This document shows positions 19,677 to 29,725 of a stretch of 64,000 nt of DNA, in pieces; position 1 is the stretch's first letter, and the number at the start of each line of letters is the position of its first letter. The stretch lies in the sequence record LR756511.1; one strand, given 5' to 3'. The notes beneath the pieces were generated by a model, which made no database searches, was not told the origin of the DNA, and worked only from the letters and a program-made list of their open reading frames with translations. Position numbers and translations under genes: made by a program.

Positions 19677-20743
19677 AAGCCGACTTTATTCAAAGCTTGA
19701 TAGATTAAGTTGTCAACCAATTGAGTTTCCGATTGATACTTGTGCGGGAATGAAGATAGCAACAAGTGTAGTGAGGAATCGAAAACAATCAAACGCACAC
19801 GAAATACGTCAGGCGCCACCGCTACCACATCGTACGGTGTTACATAATCCCGCTCATTCATAACCGCTTGCATCATTGCTGCACCCTCTAAGTGCAACAT
19901 GGAGCGATCATTCAATGCTGGCCTTTGCTTAAATAACGGGTCAGAACCAATAACCGCTCGCTCGTCTTTAAACAAGCCAAGCTCATCAGGATGATTCATT
20001 ACATGAATCAAACGGGCACAATAGCGACGAGTTTCATCACTCACATAAGTCTTGTCGAAGAAAAACTCTCTAGCTTCACATACCAGTTTATTTGATGCCA
20101 CTTGCCTCAACTTCGACAAATCAAAATAATGCGTTCGTTTAGCAATTTCAATTTTCTCATCTTCTGTCGTCTCACGCATGACCAACTTAAACATGAAACG
20201 GTCAGCCAAAGCTTCCTGAATACGACTCGTTCCCTTCTGCTCGGTCGGATTTTGTGTCGCTAAACAGAAGAATGGCTGCTCTAAACGATACGTGTCATTA
20301 CCAATCGTCACCGAACCTTCTGCCAATGCCTCAATAAAAGCATTCTGTGCCTTCGGAGGAAATCGGTTAATTTCGTCCGCAAGCATAATGTTACAGAAAA
20401 GTGGACCTTGTACGGTTTTAGTATCACCTGTCAAAAGGATGATTTCACAACCTGTAATATCACTGGCAAGTGCATCAGGCAAACCACTTACACGCTTGTT
20501 GTTGCCCGAAAGAAGGCGAGAGAGAAGTTTGCAAAGAACGGTCTTGCCCGTTCCTGTGCCGCCCTCACACAGAACGTGACCTGTGCCTAAGAACCGAGAG
20601 CCATCAGGATAGAAGTCACGTTGACCCACGGCAAATAGAGCCATTACAACCCGTCGAACCACTTCCTTTTGGCCAACGATAACACTTGAAATAGACTCTT
20701 CTAATGGAAACACATGCTCATGCAGAAGTTTACTGAATTTCAT
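19673..20743 (-). CDS. MoxR-family AAA+ ATPase
   Basis: HVLCEGGTGTGKT, LADEINR.PPK.Q.A..EA, LATQNPTEQ.GT, ALADRF. Confidence 0.93.
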   Translation of the reverse strand: MKFSKLLHEHVFPLEESISSVIVGQKEVVRRVVMALFAVGQRDFYPDGSRFLGTGHVLCEGGTGTGKTVLCKLLSRLLSGNNKRVSGLPDALASDITGCEIILLTGDTKTVQGPLFCNIMLADEINRFPPKAQNAFIEALAEGSVTIGNDTYRLEQPFFCLATQNPTEQKGTSRIQEALADRFMFKLVMRETTEDEKIEIAKRTHYFDLSKLRQVASNKLVCEAREFFFDKTYVSDETRRYCARLIHVMNHPDELGLFKDERAVIGSDPLFKQRPALNDRSMLHLEGAAMMQAVMNERDYVTPYDVVAVAPDVFRVRLIVFDSSLHLLLSSFPHKYQSETQLVDNLIYQALNKVGL

Positions 20744-21306
20744 TCTTCTTCCTCATCGTCAAAAGCTTTAACTGAAGCAACTCTAATTCTCAAAAAATTA
20801 CTTGGAGTATCCTCAAACGTTAATCCAACCTCATGTGTCTTCATTTCCCGCCAACCGTGAATCACATCATAAATCTTCCACCCCTTCACGCCGCGATGCA
20901 TAAGCGGAATGGTTAATCTAAGATTGGGCATCAAATTTTTAATGTTGAACAAGGCGGGGAAATCATACCACTTACATTCTTCCACTTCGCCCGCGCGTGG
21001 ATTCAATTCCTGCCTTGCAGAAATAGGAACTCGCACACAATGAATTAGTGATTTTGTCCCCTCAATATGACCCATATATTCGGATGGGTAATAAGCCATC
21101 CCATCATATTCCTGAATCTCTTCCAGGCCAGTCTCTTCCCTAAGCTCACGAATCGCAGCATGAACGGGATGTTCGCCCTTCTCAACCTTGCCGCCAGGAA
21201 GATTGAGCATTCCTTCCATGTAATCAGGCTTAATTTTCTTGATTAAAGGAAGGCGAAACGTCGGCCCTTCGACAAAAAACGGGTAAACTACGACATATTC
21301 AATCAT
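20740..21306 (-). CDS. NUDIX hydrolase
   Basis: GGKVEKGEHPVHAAIRELREETG Nudix box. Confidence 0.9.
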   Translation of the reverse strand: MIEYVVVYPFFVEGPTFRLPLIKKIKPDYMEGMLNLPGGKVEKGEHPVHAAIRELREETGLEEIQEYDGMAYYPSEYMGHIEGTKSLIHCVRVPISARQELNPRAGEVEECKWYDFPALFNIKNLMPNLRLTIPLMHRGVKGWKIYDVIHGWREMKTHEVGLTFEDTPSNFLRIRVASVKAFDDEEEE

Positions 21307-21869
21307 TCGTAATTGCCTAAATAATCGAAATCCGATAAGCTTGTCATGCCTGATCGAATATTCTTTTCCTTTGTGATCTTCCTACCCATGCTTTTCTGCG
21401 CGTTCCAAGCTATTGCCTTGCAATAGGTTGTAAACTTAGTGTCAATTTTAAGCGGGGCATTCTTCTTGGGGCGAGATTCCTTCGGAACGTATGTTTTAAC
21501 AATATGGTTCAAAAAGTTCTCTTGAGCAAGGCCAAATTTTTGACGATTGGCACCATGCCGTGTTCTGTTACGCCAAAGGTCTTCTAGACCCTCCAACATC
21601 CGACTCATGAAGATATCATTTACGTGTTTTTTCGCAACCTCAAAACACCGCTCAATGTAAATTTGCCTTTTGTAGTAAGACCCCGCCCGTATGAGCGACA
21701 TAATCAATTCTTGGTTTATATCCTCAAAATCATCGGTGTGATTATTTTTCGCATTCTTCCTTAACAACTGCCAAGACGCATACTTTGTTAATTGCCCAAA
21801 CGATTTCTCTAAAGCTAAATATTCGTCATTATTTATGGGAAAATTATTGGTTATACTATTATGCATCAA
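21303..21869 (-). CDS. Hypothetical protein, sigma-factor region 2-like
   Basis: DFEDINQELIMSLIRA (2.1/2.2-like) and KFTTYCKAIAWN (2.3/2.4-like) separated by an insertion. Confidence 0.4.
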   Translation of the reverse strand: MMHNSITNNFPINNDEYLALEKSFGQLTKYASWQLLRKNAKNNHTDDFEDINQELIMSLIRAGSYYKRQIYIERCFEVAKKHVNDIFMSRMLEGLEDLWRNRTRHGANRQKFGLAQENFLNHIVKTYVPKESRPKKNAPLKIDTKFTTYCKAIAWNAQKSMGRKITKEKNIRSGMTSLSDFDYLGNYE

Positions 21870-21919
21870 CCCTCCACTAGAGACACAATACAGCCATTAT
21901 AATATAAAATTAAACTAAA

Positions 21920-23206
21920 TCAAGCTAAAGTCTTTGATATTTTACAGTTAGCCTTTATTTTTAAACCTTCAAACAATTGACTCTCAGAATTAAGCGACTT
22001 TAAACATATAGTTTTGACGCTTTCCGTCTGTTTTTCACTACATGCAACAACATAGCCGTCATGAATGTGTGCTACAAGCCTGCCATAGTCACCCAGGTCA
22101 TTGTACAAATGAACAAGTTTCTCCAGAGCGAACATAGCCCCTGGCGACTGAATAATGAAGTTCCTATATTTATACTCTAATTCCTTGGTAAACTCACGCT
22201 TGCGACCCACGTAATCTGTATATACGAGATTATCGCCTGAATAGTTCTCTACCCAATCAAAAACCCCACTAAATACCTTCCTAAGTCTCGCAGCTAGCTT
22301 TTCACAAGTTTCCAACGGAAGATTCGTCCGCTCCGACAATGTATGAGCCGATTGCCCATAGACCGTGGGCAGAAATAAACAATCTTTACACAGGGATCGA
22401 GCCTTTTCATCCCCGTCCTGACCTGTCAGAAGTTTATACGTCGCCAAATAAACATCTTCGTCCGTAGAAAGTATCTCTAACAGCCGTCGATCTTTGCTCA
22501 ACCATGCTAACATGCAAACTTCATGGAAATGATAATCAAACCAAAGGAAAGTTAGCTCGTTTTCCTTTGGTTGAAGGTGGGGCCGCTGTTCAGGCATCAA
22601 GGAATGAGGATTAAAGGCGTTCTCATAAGCCAAATGGCAAATCATACGCCCGTTTCTTGACCCTTCAATCTCATAATAAGGATAAAGTATCTTCCTTTGC
22701 GACGAATCAAAGACGCCCTCCACCTCAATACGCGGAATAACCCTTGCCAGCAATGGTAAATAAATCTTCTGATATAGCTTTTTAAATTGATTCCACGATG
22801 AATTGGATGCTAGAGCCTTTAAACGCGCCAGAGCTTCATTAAATTCACTTGGACGCTTCTCACGAATGCCTACAAAGGCTTCCCCAAGTCTTAGGTCCAG
22901 TAATTTACTTTCGAACTCAAGACTGCTGCCCGTGAATGCCAAAACCGCCGAAAATAGGTTTTTGAGATTCCAACCTATTACAGTAATATCGCTTTCTAGA
23001 ATTGCTGTTTTAAGAAACGTGATTGTTTGAAGGAAGTTCTCTCGATCAATTTTAATTTCTACTGTGTCTGTTTTGCCAGAAACTTTAATCGTGGTGGAAA
23101 AGTCCCCCTTCGTAAAGTCTACAATCTCAGGGTCCATCCTGAGAAAAACAATAGGACCAGCCTGGATAAGCTGATCCAGTTGAACTGCTAACTGAATTTC
23201 ATTCAT
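21920..23206 (-). CDS. Divergent family-A DNA polymerase-like protein
   Basis: Motif A WFDYHFHEV, motif B RSLCKDCLFLPTVYG, motif C HIHDG; degenerate exo-like N-terminus. Confidence 0.7.
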   Translation of the reverse strand: MNEIQLAVQLDQLIQAGPIVFLRMDPEIVDFTKGDFSTTIKVSGKTDTVEIKIDRENFLQTITFLKTAILESDITVIGWNLKNLFSAVLAFTGSSLEFESKLLDLRLGEAFVGIREKRPSEFNEALARLKALASNSSWNQFKKLYQKIYLPLLARVIPRIEVEGVFDSSQRKILYPYYEIEGSRNGRMICHLAYENAFNPHSLMPEQRPHLQPKENELTFLWFDYHFHEVCMLAWLSKDRRLLEILSTDEDVYLATYKLLTGQDGDEKARSLCKDCLFLPTVYGQSAHTLSERTNLPLETCEKLAARLRKVFSGVFDWVENYSGDNLVYTDYVGRKREFTKELEYKYRNFIIQSPGAMFALEKLVHLYNDLGDYGRLVAHIHDGYVVACSEKQTESVKTICLKSLNSESQLFEGLKIKANCKISKTLA

Positions 23207-24366
23207 GCAGGCTCAACCCGAATGGACGGGGAAAGATTAAAATTGGCAAACTCTTCCAGAATGATTTTCTTTATCTTAGTTACATTGTCCTCAGTCGTCA
23301 AGATTGAGTCATGGATCGTCGCCATGAAAGTGCCTTCATGCTCAGTCATGATCCGTCTACAAATGTGATTTATTACTAAATTGGACTCTGCCTTCTGCAT
23401 CATCCAAGCCAAAGAGCGATAATCGTCTTTCTTGATTTCAGCCAGCAGTCTTGCAACCGTAGGAAATAACTCACTGAATGTCTTACTTATTCTCTTGCCA
23501 AAGAACGTTTCACGAAAGAACTTCTCCTTGAACTCAGCACGGCTATCCTCCGCAGCATGTTTCATCAAATAATCGTAGAGCTTTCCCTGCTCAGCCAAAC
23601 TCTTGTAAGTGAAAATATCCATACCACCACTTTCAAAGTAAATTGAAAATGCGCATCGTATGGAGTGTAGGATAGGAGGAGTGAGTAATAGGAGTAAAGG
23701 TTGAGAGTTGATTATGTCAATATTAACCAATGCTTGCCCTTTGTACAATAGGAATTTCCTCAAAGTTGACTTCAAATTAGTAATATTTGTATGAACACGA
23801 CCATAATCATCAGAATAGAGAAAGTAATCTCTGTTGAGAAACTTATCTATTGCTATCTTGGCACTATTATACTCGTTTATGGGCATTGTCTCCACATAAT
23901 TTAAAGCTGCATCATAGTTTATGTCTATTTGCTTTAGAAATTCATAAAGGTATAAATGAATATCAGTGATTGGCAAACGGCTTCGTTGCCACTTTTCGAT
24001 ATTTCTTAAAAGTGATTTTGACTTTAATTCAATTTGTTTGTGGCGTACGTTAGCATACTTCTCACAGAGCCGATAACCGTAGGATTTTTCCCCCTTGATA
24101 AACTGACGGTCGCACTCTATGATATTTCCATCTATTAAAATTTGTCGGTAAACAGTGTATGGGGTACGGTCACTCCCACGACCAATTATATTGCCAAGAT
24201 AAATCGCTTTTAACGGAATGAACTCTTCTGGATTTTTGTATAGTATCCGCTGCTCATATATAAGATGGATCAAATAGTGAAATCTGTCTAAATGCCTCAA
24301 CGAGCAGTAATCAGAATCTAACAACGTTGGTAGGTCAAGGTTCGAAGGAATATATATCTTTTTCAT
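23203..24366 (-). CDS. Second PolA-palm-like protein
   Basis: YGRVHT, NIDIINSQP (A), RAEFKEKFFRETFFG (B), TIHDSI (C). Confidence 0.5.
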   Translation of the reverse strand: MKKIYIPSNLDLPTLLDSDYCSLRHLDRFHYLIHLIYEQRILYKNPEEFIPLKAIYLGNIIGRGSDRTPYTVYRQILIDGNIIECDRQFIKGEKSYGYRLCEKYANVRHKQIELKSKSLLRNIEKWQRSRLPITDIHLYLYEFLKQIDINYDAALNYVETMPINEYNSAKIAIDKFLNRDYFLYSDDYGRVHTNITNLKSTLRKFLLYKGQALVNIDIINSQPLLLLLTPPILHSIRCAFSIYFESGGMDIFTYKSLAEQGKLYDYLMKHAAEDSRAEFKEKFFRETFFGKRISKTFSELFPTVARLLAEIKKDDYRSLAWMMQKAESNLVINHICRRIMTEHEGTFMATIHDSILTTEDNVTKIKKIILEEFANFNLSPSIRVEPA

Positions 24367-24375
24367 GAGGTTACT

Positions 24376-25065
24376 ATGAGTGACTACAATCTAGAGCCAA
24401 TTGTTGAATACCAAATGACCGAACCCGAAGCAATGGCCTACAAGATAGGCTTGCTTTGGATGGCAATTTCAACAGAAATGTTCCCTGATTACAAGCACTC
24501 TTGTAGATTTCCTAAAAAGGGCGATCCAAGAAAAAGCAGTTTGTTTAGATACTGTCATACCTTAATGACCAAGACTAAAGGCTTAATTGATCCTAAAGAT
24601 TATAAGCTATATATCGCCGCTCAACTCCAGATGCTTAAAAGCATTGAGATTGGCAATACCCACCCTCTCATCGGTCCCTGGTGTCTTGTAGGCGACAAAG
24701 CCTGGACACGCTGGAAAGTTTGGAGAAATAAATATGACAATGTAGTAAAAGCCAAAACTTTGAAAGATGTAGGTTTAGATAAAACTAAATTTTCCGAAGT
24801 TAAAGTTGGCTTAGATCAAACGAAAAAATTCATAACCGACAAGTGGGGAACACTAACCGAAGAAACATATAAAACAATAGCAAAAGATATTGTTCGCTAT
24901 GCATCACTCACAAAGATTAGCCATTTTTACTTGGCCATATCACCTTGGGCAAACAAATACTGCGATCTTTCAAACGTTGATCTAACGTTCTATAAGAACG
25001 TTGGTGAGGATGCTAAAGACTACTTCAAACAGTTATTCCCGAACGAAACCAATGGTACCCTCTAA
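24376..25065 (+). CDS. Hypothetical protein
   Basis: 229-aa ORF divergent from upstream gene with a 9-nt gap. Confidence 0.7.
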   Translation: MSDYNLEPIVEYQMTEPEAMAYKIGLLWMAISTEMFPDYKHSCRFPKKGDPRKSSLFRYCHTLMTKTKGLIDPKDYKLYIAAQLQMLKSIEIGNTHPLIGPWCLVGDKAWTRWKVWRNKYDNVVKAKTLKDVGLDKTKFSEVKVGLDQTKKFITDKWGTLTEETYKTIAKDIVRYASLTKISHFYLAISPWANKYCDLSNVDLTFYKNVGEDAKDYFKQLFPNETNGTL

Positions 25066-25960
25066 GCATATAGTAAATCAACGCCATGCGAACATAAACG
25101 CCGTTCTGGACCTGTTCGAAATATTTTGCTCGTTTATTTATGTCAACTGTTGCGCATATTTCATCGTTTCTTGGAAGAGGATGAAGGATTATGGCATCTT
25201 CTTGCATCCTATTTGCCAAGCTGCCGCTTAGCTTAAATTCTGTGTCTACTCGTTTACTACGTGGGTTTTGTAGGTTATGTCGTTCTTTTTGCATCCGTGT
25301 GACATAAAGCACGTCTACTCCTGGCAATTCATTTAACAACACTTGCTCATTGCCATAGTAGCAACAACCAGGAACCTTAGCGGCATCAGCCTTTAGCTCT
25401 GGATTAACTTCATTTGTAAAAATTAGTTCTAATTTATAATCACTAAGTTTCAACAACCGTATTAGTGAATTGACGGTTCGACTATAATATAGATCGCCAG
25501 CGAACATAATAGTCAGTTCTTTATCATGTGGTCGATTCTCACAAATAGTGAAATAATCAATCAGTGCTTGAGTGGGATGTTCCTTTGCGCCTTCGCCCGC
25601 GTTGATGATAGGAACAATACGTTCGTTTTGTCCGTGTATGCAAACAGGGATATCAAGCGGATGTCTGATGGCTATAATGTCGGCAATCTGTGACACGGTT
25701 TTGATCGTGTCTACATGCGACTCTCCCCTCTTTAGCGATGTGTTCTCGCCAAAGTCGATTACACCACCGCCCATCTTGAGCATGGCCGTTTGAAAAGATA
25801 AACGAGTGCGAGTAGATGGTTCAAAAAACAAAGTAGCCAAGACCTTACCTTCCATTTGATTGTTATAAAGGTGTCCTTGGGTCTTGGCTTCTCTGGCGAT
25901 TTTGAAAATACGATTTAGTATTGCTTTGTCTAAATTATCAACAGATAGTAAGTTATTCAT
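25025..25960 (-). CDS. pyrB: Aspartate carbamoyltransferase catalytic subunit
   Basis: FFEPSTRTRLSF, INAGEGAKEHPTQAL, LYVTRMQKER, HPLPR. Confidence 0.95.
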   Translation of the reverse strand: MNNLLSVDNLDKAILNRIFKIAREAKTQGHLYNNQMEGKVLATLFFEPSTRTRLSFQTAMLKMGGGVIDFGENTSLKRGESHVDTIKTVSQIADIIAIRHPLDIPVCIHGQNERIVPIINAGEGAKEHPTQALIDYFTICENRPHDKELTIMFAGDLYYSRTVNSLIRLLKLSDYKLELIFTNEVNPELKADAAKVPGCCYYGNEQVLLNELPGVDVLYVTRMQKERHNLQNPRSKRVDTEFKLSGSLANRMQEDAIILHPLPRNDEICATVDINKRAKYFEQVQNGVYVRMALIYYMLRGYHWFRSGITV

Positions 25961-25975
25961 AATGAACTGATTATA

Positions 25976-26764
25976 TCAGTAGCAATTAAAATGAGCAAGC
26001 ACAGCTTCTAGAATTTCGTCTTGTTTTTGTGCTGGACTGAACCATTCTATAAAGTTTGAAGGGTCGTAAATCCAACGGTGTTTGTCGATCTTATCCCCCA
26101 ATGGAGTGCCGCTAAGCTTAATCAATCCATTGTCCTTGTGGTATTCGACGTGAATAGCAAACTGATCTAAGCGTTTCTGCCCTCTTCTCTGAACGCCCAT
26201 GCCCGTCACGCCGAAGTGAATGATATATTTTTCGTCCTGTTGAATAACACGAATACCTTCATACATGAAGATTTTTTGTGTGGTGTTTCTTCGAAGATTG
26301 CTTGCCATTTCAATAACAAGTCTTTGTAGACCTTTATAATCTCTCAACGGCGTATCCAAGCCTTCGTAGTCGATTTTGTCTAAGTTTTCTCTAATCTGAA
26401 AAACAAGTTTGTCTGGTAGATCGTCGTAGAAATTCTTTACTTCTATGACCTTTTTGCATATCCATTGAGGATCACCAGCCAAATCATGAATAAGCTTTCT
26501 AATAATGACTCGATTGCCGCCAAAATTGCTGAAATACATGCGAATTGCACCGTCATCGCTACCCCATTGCAATTCGCCAAAATGATCGTTAGGTATAGCG
26601 TATTTTTCACCTAAGATTGTAGTTTTTAAAGACTTAACCACATACTCTACATTTAAAGGCATGAGAGGCTTGTCTCTATTCTTCATTTCTGGCTCTTTTG
26701 GACGTTGAGTAAAGTCTAATCCAAAATCGGCGTATTCATTAAACCACGAAGCAAAGCTTTTCAT
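25976..26764 (-). CDS. Hypothetical protein with CTS-like leader (MKSFASWFNE)
   Basis: 262-aa ORF; TATATATA 5 nt before ATG. Confidence 0.75.
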   Translation of the reverse strand: MKSFASWFNEYADFGLDFTQRPKEPEMKNRDKPLMPLNVEYVVKSLKTTILGEKYAIPNDHFGELQWGSDDGAIRMYFSNFGGNRVIIRKLIHDLAGDPQWICKKVIEVKNFYDDLPDKLVFQIRENLDKIDYEGLDTPLRDYKGLQRLVIEMASNLRRNTTQKIFMYEGIRVIQQDEKYIIHFGVTGMGVQRRGQKRLDQFAIHVEYHKDNGLIKLSGTPLGDKIDKHRWIYDPSNFIEWFSPAQKQDEILEAVLAHFNCY

Positions 26765-26793
26765 TATGTTATATATACCAGAGAGGAAACAAC

Positions 26794-27198
26794 ATGAAGA
26801 ATTTTAGGGTCTGGTTAGAAGAAAAATTAGCAGTAAGAAATCTAAAACACACTTTGCTTAATGCTTTAGGTTTTGCAAAAGACGCCTTAGATAACGGAGG
26901 CGATATTCCTTTAAGAAAAGTGAATCAAAAACGACTACTCGACCAACTCAGCAACATAGGCTTAAACAAGAAGGCCCAGGAAATTTTACAGAATTATGCT
27001 CGTAATAGCTGGAATGGCGGAACTTTGAATGCAATGTTGGCGACGATTAAGGATAGCGATTTTGAGCAACAGGACACGTTATCCAGTGAGCCTGCGGTAT
27101 TACCACAGGCTAACGAACCTGTTCCTAAACCAATTAATAAACAACAAATGATCCAACAACAGCAACAGCAGCAGCAAATGCCGCCGCAAGGTTATTAA
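26794..27198 (+). CDS. Hypothetical protein with CTS-like leader (MKNFRVWLEE) and polyQ tail
   Basis: 134-aa ORF with SD-like AGAGG. Confidence 0.7.
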   Translation: MKNFRVWLEEKLAVRNLKHTLLNALGFAKDALDNGGDIPLRKVNQKRLLDQLSNIGLNKKAQEILQNYARNSWNGGTLNAMLATIKDSDFEQQDTLSSEPAVLPQANEPVPKPINKQQMIQQQQQQQQMPPQGY

Positions 27199-27419
27199 AA
27201 GCCTGCCCACTGACCAATTACTTCGAAAGTCATGTGATCTACGTTGTTATACGAAGTGGTTACGCCGATAACTTCCATAACAATGTGGTCGATATCAATG
27301 GTTCCAAATTGGAATTTTCCAAGAACTTCCATAACAATATGACCGATATTGCATTGCTGCATAAATGAGGCTTGTCCGATAACTTCCATCGTTAGGTGAT
27401 CCACAAGTGCTTGCGCCAT
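27195..27419 (-). CDS. Small repeat protein (4 x 'DH..MEV(I/L)G')
   Basis: Internal ~17-19-aa repeats; SD GGAG. Confidence 0.7.
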   Translation of the reverse strand: MAQALVDHLTMEVIGQASFMQQCNIGHIVMEVLGKFQFGTIDIDHIVMEVIGVTTSYNNVDHMTFEVIGQWAGF

Positions 27420-27486
27420 TTTTTCTCCGTAAAAAAAATCAACTATACCATATATATTTCGAGATCAAGAAAATTAGGAGAATAAA

Positions 27487-28506
27487 ATGGCACTACGATG
27501 GGTAGAAGGTTTTGAATCATATTCGAATTTAGTCCAGTTCCTGCCTTTCAGATACGCAACTTTTGTCGGTCCAAACGCTACTTTCGTGCCTGGACGCGCC
27601 ATTGGCAATGCTCTATCTTTCAATGGCACAAGTTTCGCAACGCCGACCTTTAGTAATAACGCCACATGGATTGTTGGTTTCGCATTCCGAAACACTAATC
27701 TAGGTGCAAGCAATATTAACATGCCTTTGGTCGATATTAGAGACGCCACAACCGCTCAATTGACCTTGGCTTTCAATCCTAGCACAAAGGTTGTCGTTCT
27801 ACTTCGTGGTTCCACCGTGTTAGGCACAGGAACCTTCGTAATGACGACAGGTGCTTGGTATTATATCGAAATCAGCGGTTTCATTGATCCGACCATTGGT
27901 GCCGTGACCGTAAAGGTTAATACTGTAAGCGACATTACTTTCAGTGGCAATACTCAGGTAAGTATCAATAATTATGCTAACAACATTAATTTCCGTGGTC
28001 CAGCCGCCGTTGGTTTAGGTGGAGCTTACGCAATTGATGACATTTATATCAATGACGGCTCTGGCGTAGTTAATAATACATTCTTAGGCGATATGAAGGT
28101 TGAAGCTGTCAATGTTCTCCAGGGCGGCGATGAAACTCAGTGGGGTGTCAATGTTCTAAATACGCCTAACTTCCAGGCTGTTCAGGTTCTAAATGACGGT
28201 CTTTACATTCAGTCGAACACGGCTGGCAATAAGGACGCCTACACAACTTCCGCTCTCAATAGAATCACAGGCAGTATTGCAGGTGTTTCGGCGGTCTACT
28301 GGACAAGAAATACCGATTCTACTGTCCACACGATTCAATCGTTGGCAAGAATTAGTGCAACTGACTACTTTGGCTCCGCAACCTCGATCACTGATACCGC
28401 TTTCAAAGCATATCAGTATATTTGGGAGCAAGACCCAAGCACAGTAGCAGCATGGTCTGTAAGCGGCGTCGGAACAACTCAATTCGGCGTTAAATTAAAC
28501 TCGTAA
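27487..28506 (+). CDS. Putative virion fibre/ConA-like beta-sandwich protein
   Basis: T/N/G/S-rich, paralogous to 59141..60163 and 60438..61529 (EGFxxY start, WYxIE, DDxYxxD, FGxKL end). Confidence 0.65.
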   Translation: MALRWVEGFESYSNLVQFLPFRYATFVGPNATFVPGRAIGNALSFNGTSFATPTFSNNATWIVGFAFRNTNLGASNINMPLVDIRDATTAQLTLAFNPSTKVVVLLRGSTVLGTGTFVMTTGAWYYIEISGFIDPTIGAVTVKVNTVSDITFSGNTQVSINNYANNINFRGPAAVGLGGAYAIDDIYINDGSGVVNNTFLGDMKVEAVNVLQGGDETQWGVNVLNTPNFQAVQVLNDGLYIQSNTAGNKDAYTTSALNRITGSIAGVSAVYWTRNTDSTVHTIQSLARISATDYFGSATSITDTAFKAYQYIWEQDPSTVAAWSVSGVGTTQFGVKLNS

Positions 28507-28518
28507 CTCCTTGAAGGC

Positions 28519-28553
28519 AAAAAGACCCAAACTAGCGAGGTTTGGGTCTTTTT
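28519..28553 (+). terminator. Intrinsic (bidirectional-type) terminator
   Basis: AAAAAGACCCAAAC-TAGCGAG-GTTTGGGTCTTTTT. Confidence 0.85.
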
Positions 28554-28575
28554 ATTGCGCTAACTATAATATGGT

Positions 28576-28950
28576 ATGGAAAAATCAACAGTTGATAAGA
28601 AAATCTTCGAAAAAGCCATCAAAGAATATCAAGAAAACCCCGATGTAGACTCAATGGTAGCCATTTTTGAAGCTTTCTGGATAATTACGGAAAGTATCAT
28701 AGATTATACAAAATTCATTCCTCCAGAAAAGAAGCATAAAGCAATGGTCAGCGGTGTTTGTAACGCATTTATAAAGATTCCTCGTTTTAATGCCGACAAG
28801 GGCAAAGCTTTTAACTACTTCACAACTGTAATCCTTTGCGCATTACGCCAGGAATTCAGAAGTCATAAGAATTATCAAGAATTGAAAACCAAATATGAAG
28901 AGAAAATTAAATCAGATCGTTCATCAAGGAAAAAAGTATCTCGTTCTTGA
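28576..28950 (+). CDS. gp55-like late sigma factor
   Basis: RFNADKGKAFNYFTTVILCALRQ resembles gp55-family FNPEKS.NAFAYFTQI; short length. Confidence 0.65.
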   Translation: MEKSTVDKKIFEKAIKEYQENPDVDSMVAIFEAFWIITESIIDYTKFIPPEKKHKAMVSGVCNAFIKIPRFNADKGKAFNYFTTVILCALRQEFRSHKNYQELKTKYEEKIKSDRSSRKKVSRS

Positions 28951-29152
28951 CACGGAAGCATTTGATTGGGAAGTAGAAGAAGCTCAGTTAAATAAAATTA
29001 AATTAAGTGTAGCCTCCGAGCAACATGCCAAAGAAAGGTTTGTTGAAAGTATTATCAATCATTTTGTTGATTCTTTCTCTGAGTTTCTAGGCAAGAAAGT
29101 TACACTTAAGCAAATAAATGACGCTATTGAACAAGAATATATTGAACTATGA
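28895..29152 (+). CDS. Hypothetical protein
   Basis: 85-aa ORF, stop overlaps next ATG. Confidence 0.6.
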   Translation: MKRKLNQIVHQGKKYLVLDTEAFDWEVEEAQLNKIKLSVASEQHAKERFVESIINHFVDSFSEFLGKKVTLKQINDAIEQEYIEL

Positions 29153-29670
29153 TCTTTGTAGAAGAACCAGATAATCGTTTTTATATTGGCCAATCCACTA
29201 TTCCTAATGCTGGATTAGGATGTTTTACTAAGACTCTCTTGAAAAGGGGAGATTGCTTAGAAATAATTGGCGTGTATGTAAAAAGAGGCAGTCTAGCCGA
29301 TCAATGTACGGAGTATGCACGACGGTATAAATTCGCTGGGAGCGAGAATTTTAACGCCAAAATTGTACCAATGGGCTTTGGCGCTATGGTAAATCATAGC
29401 GATAACCCACAATTACAGAATTGCTATTTGACTTTTGATAAGAAACGCCTGAAAAAAAGCGAACACGCTGGCCAAGTATTCTATGTTTTCACGCGAGACA
29501 TTCTCCCTGATGAAGAACTTATTGGTAATTACGGCGAAGAAGTTGGTAAAGAAATTCAAAAGACCAACGAAGCAACAGATTTCCTTTACGACAATAAAGC
29601 GGAAATCGCTCGCTTTTTAAGCTATGACCTGTATGACCTTAAGAACATAATGGAGAAAATATGTTCATAG
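29149..29670 (+). CDS. SET-domain protein
   Basis: STIPNAGLGCF, GAMVNHS, TRDILPDEELIGNYG. Confidence 0.88.
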   Translation: MIFVEEPDNRFYIGQSTIPNAGLGCFTKTLLKRGDCLEIIGVYVKRGSLADQCTEYARRYKFAGSENFNAKIVPMGFGAMVNHSDNPQLQNCYLTFDKKRLKKSEHAGQVFYVFTRDILPDEELIGNYGEEVGKEIQKTNEATDFLYDNKAEIARFLSYDLYDLKNIMEKICS

Positions 29671-29725
29671 AAGTAATATTGTTTTCTATTCTTGTCTTCA
29701 TCGCCTATAAGTTTATCATGGGCGA

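Noticed and set aside
27141-27180. CAA/CAG polyQ tract as a contingency locus
   Set aside because: Short, mixed-codon and in-frame, so slippage would not switch expression.
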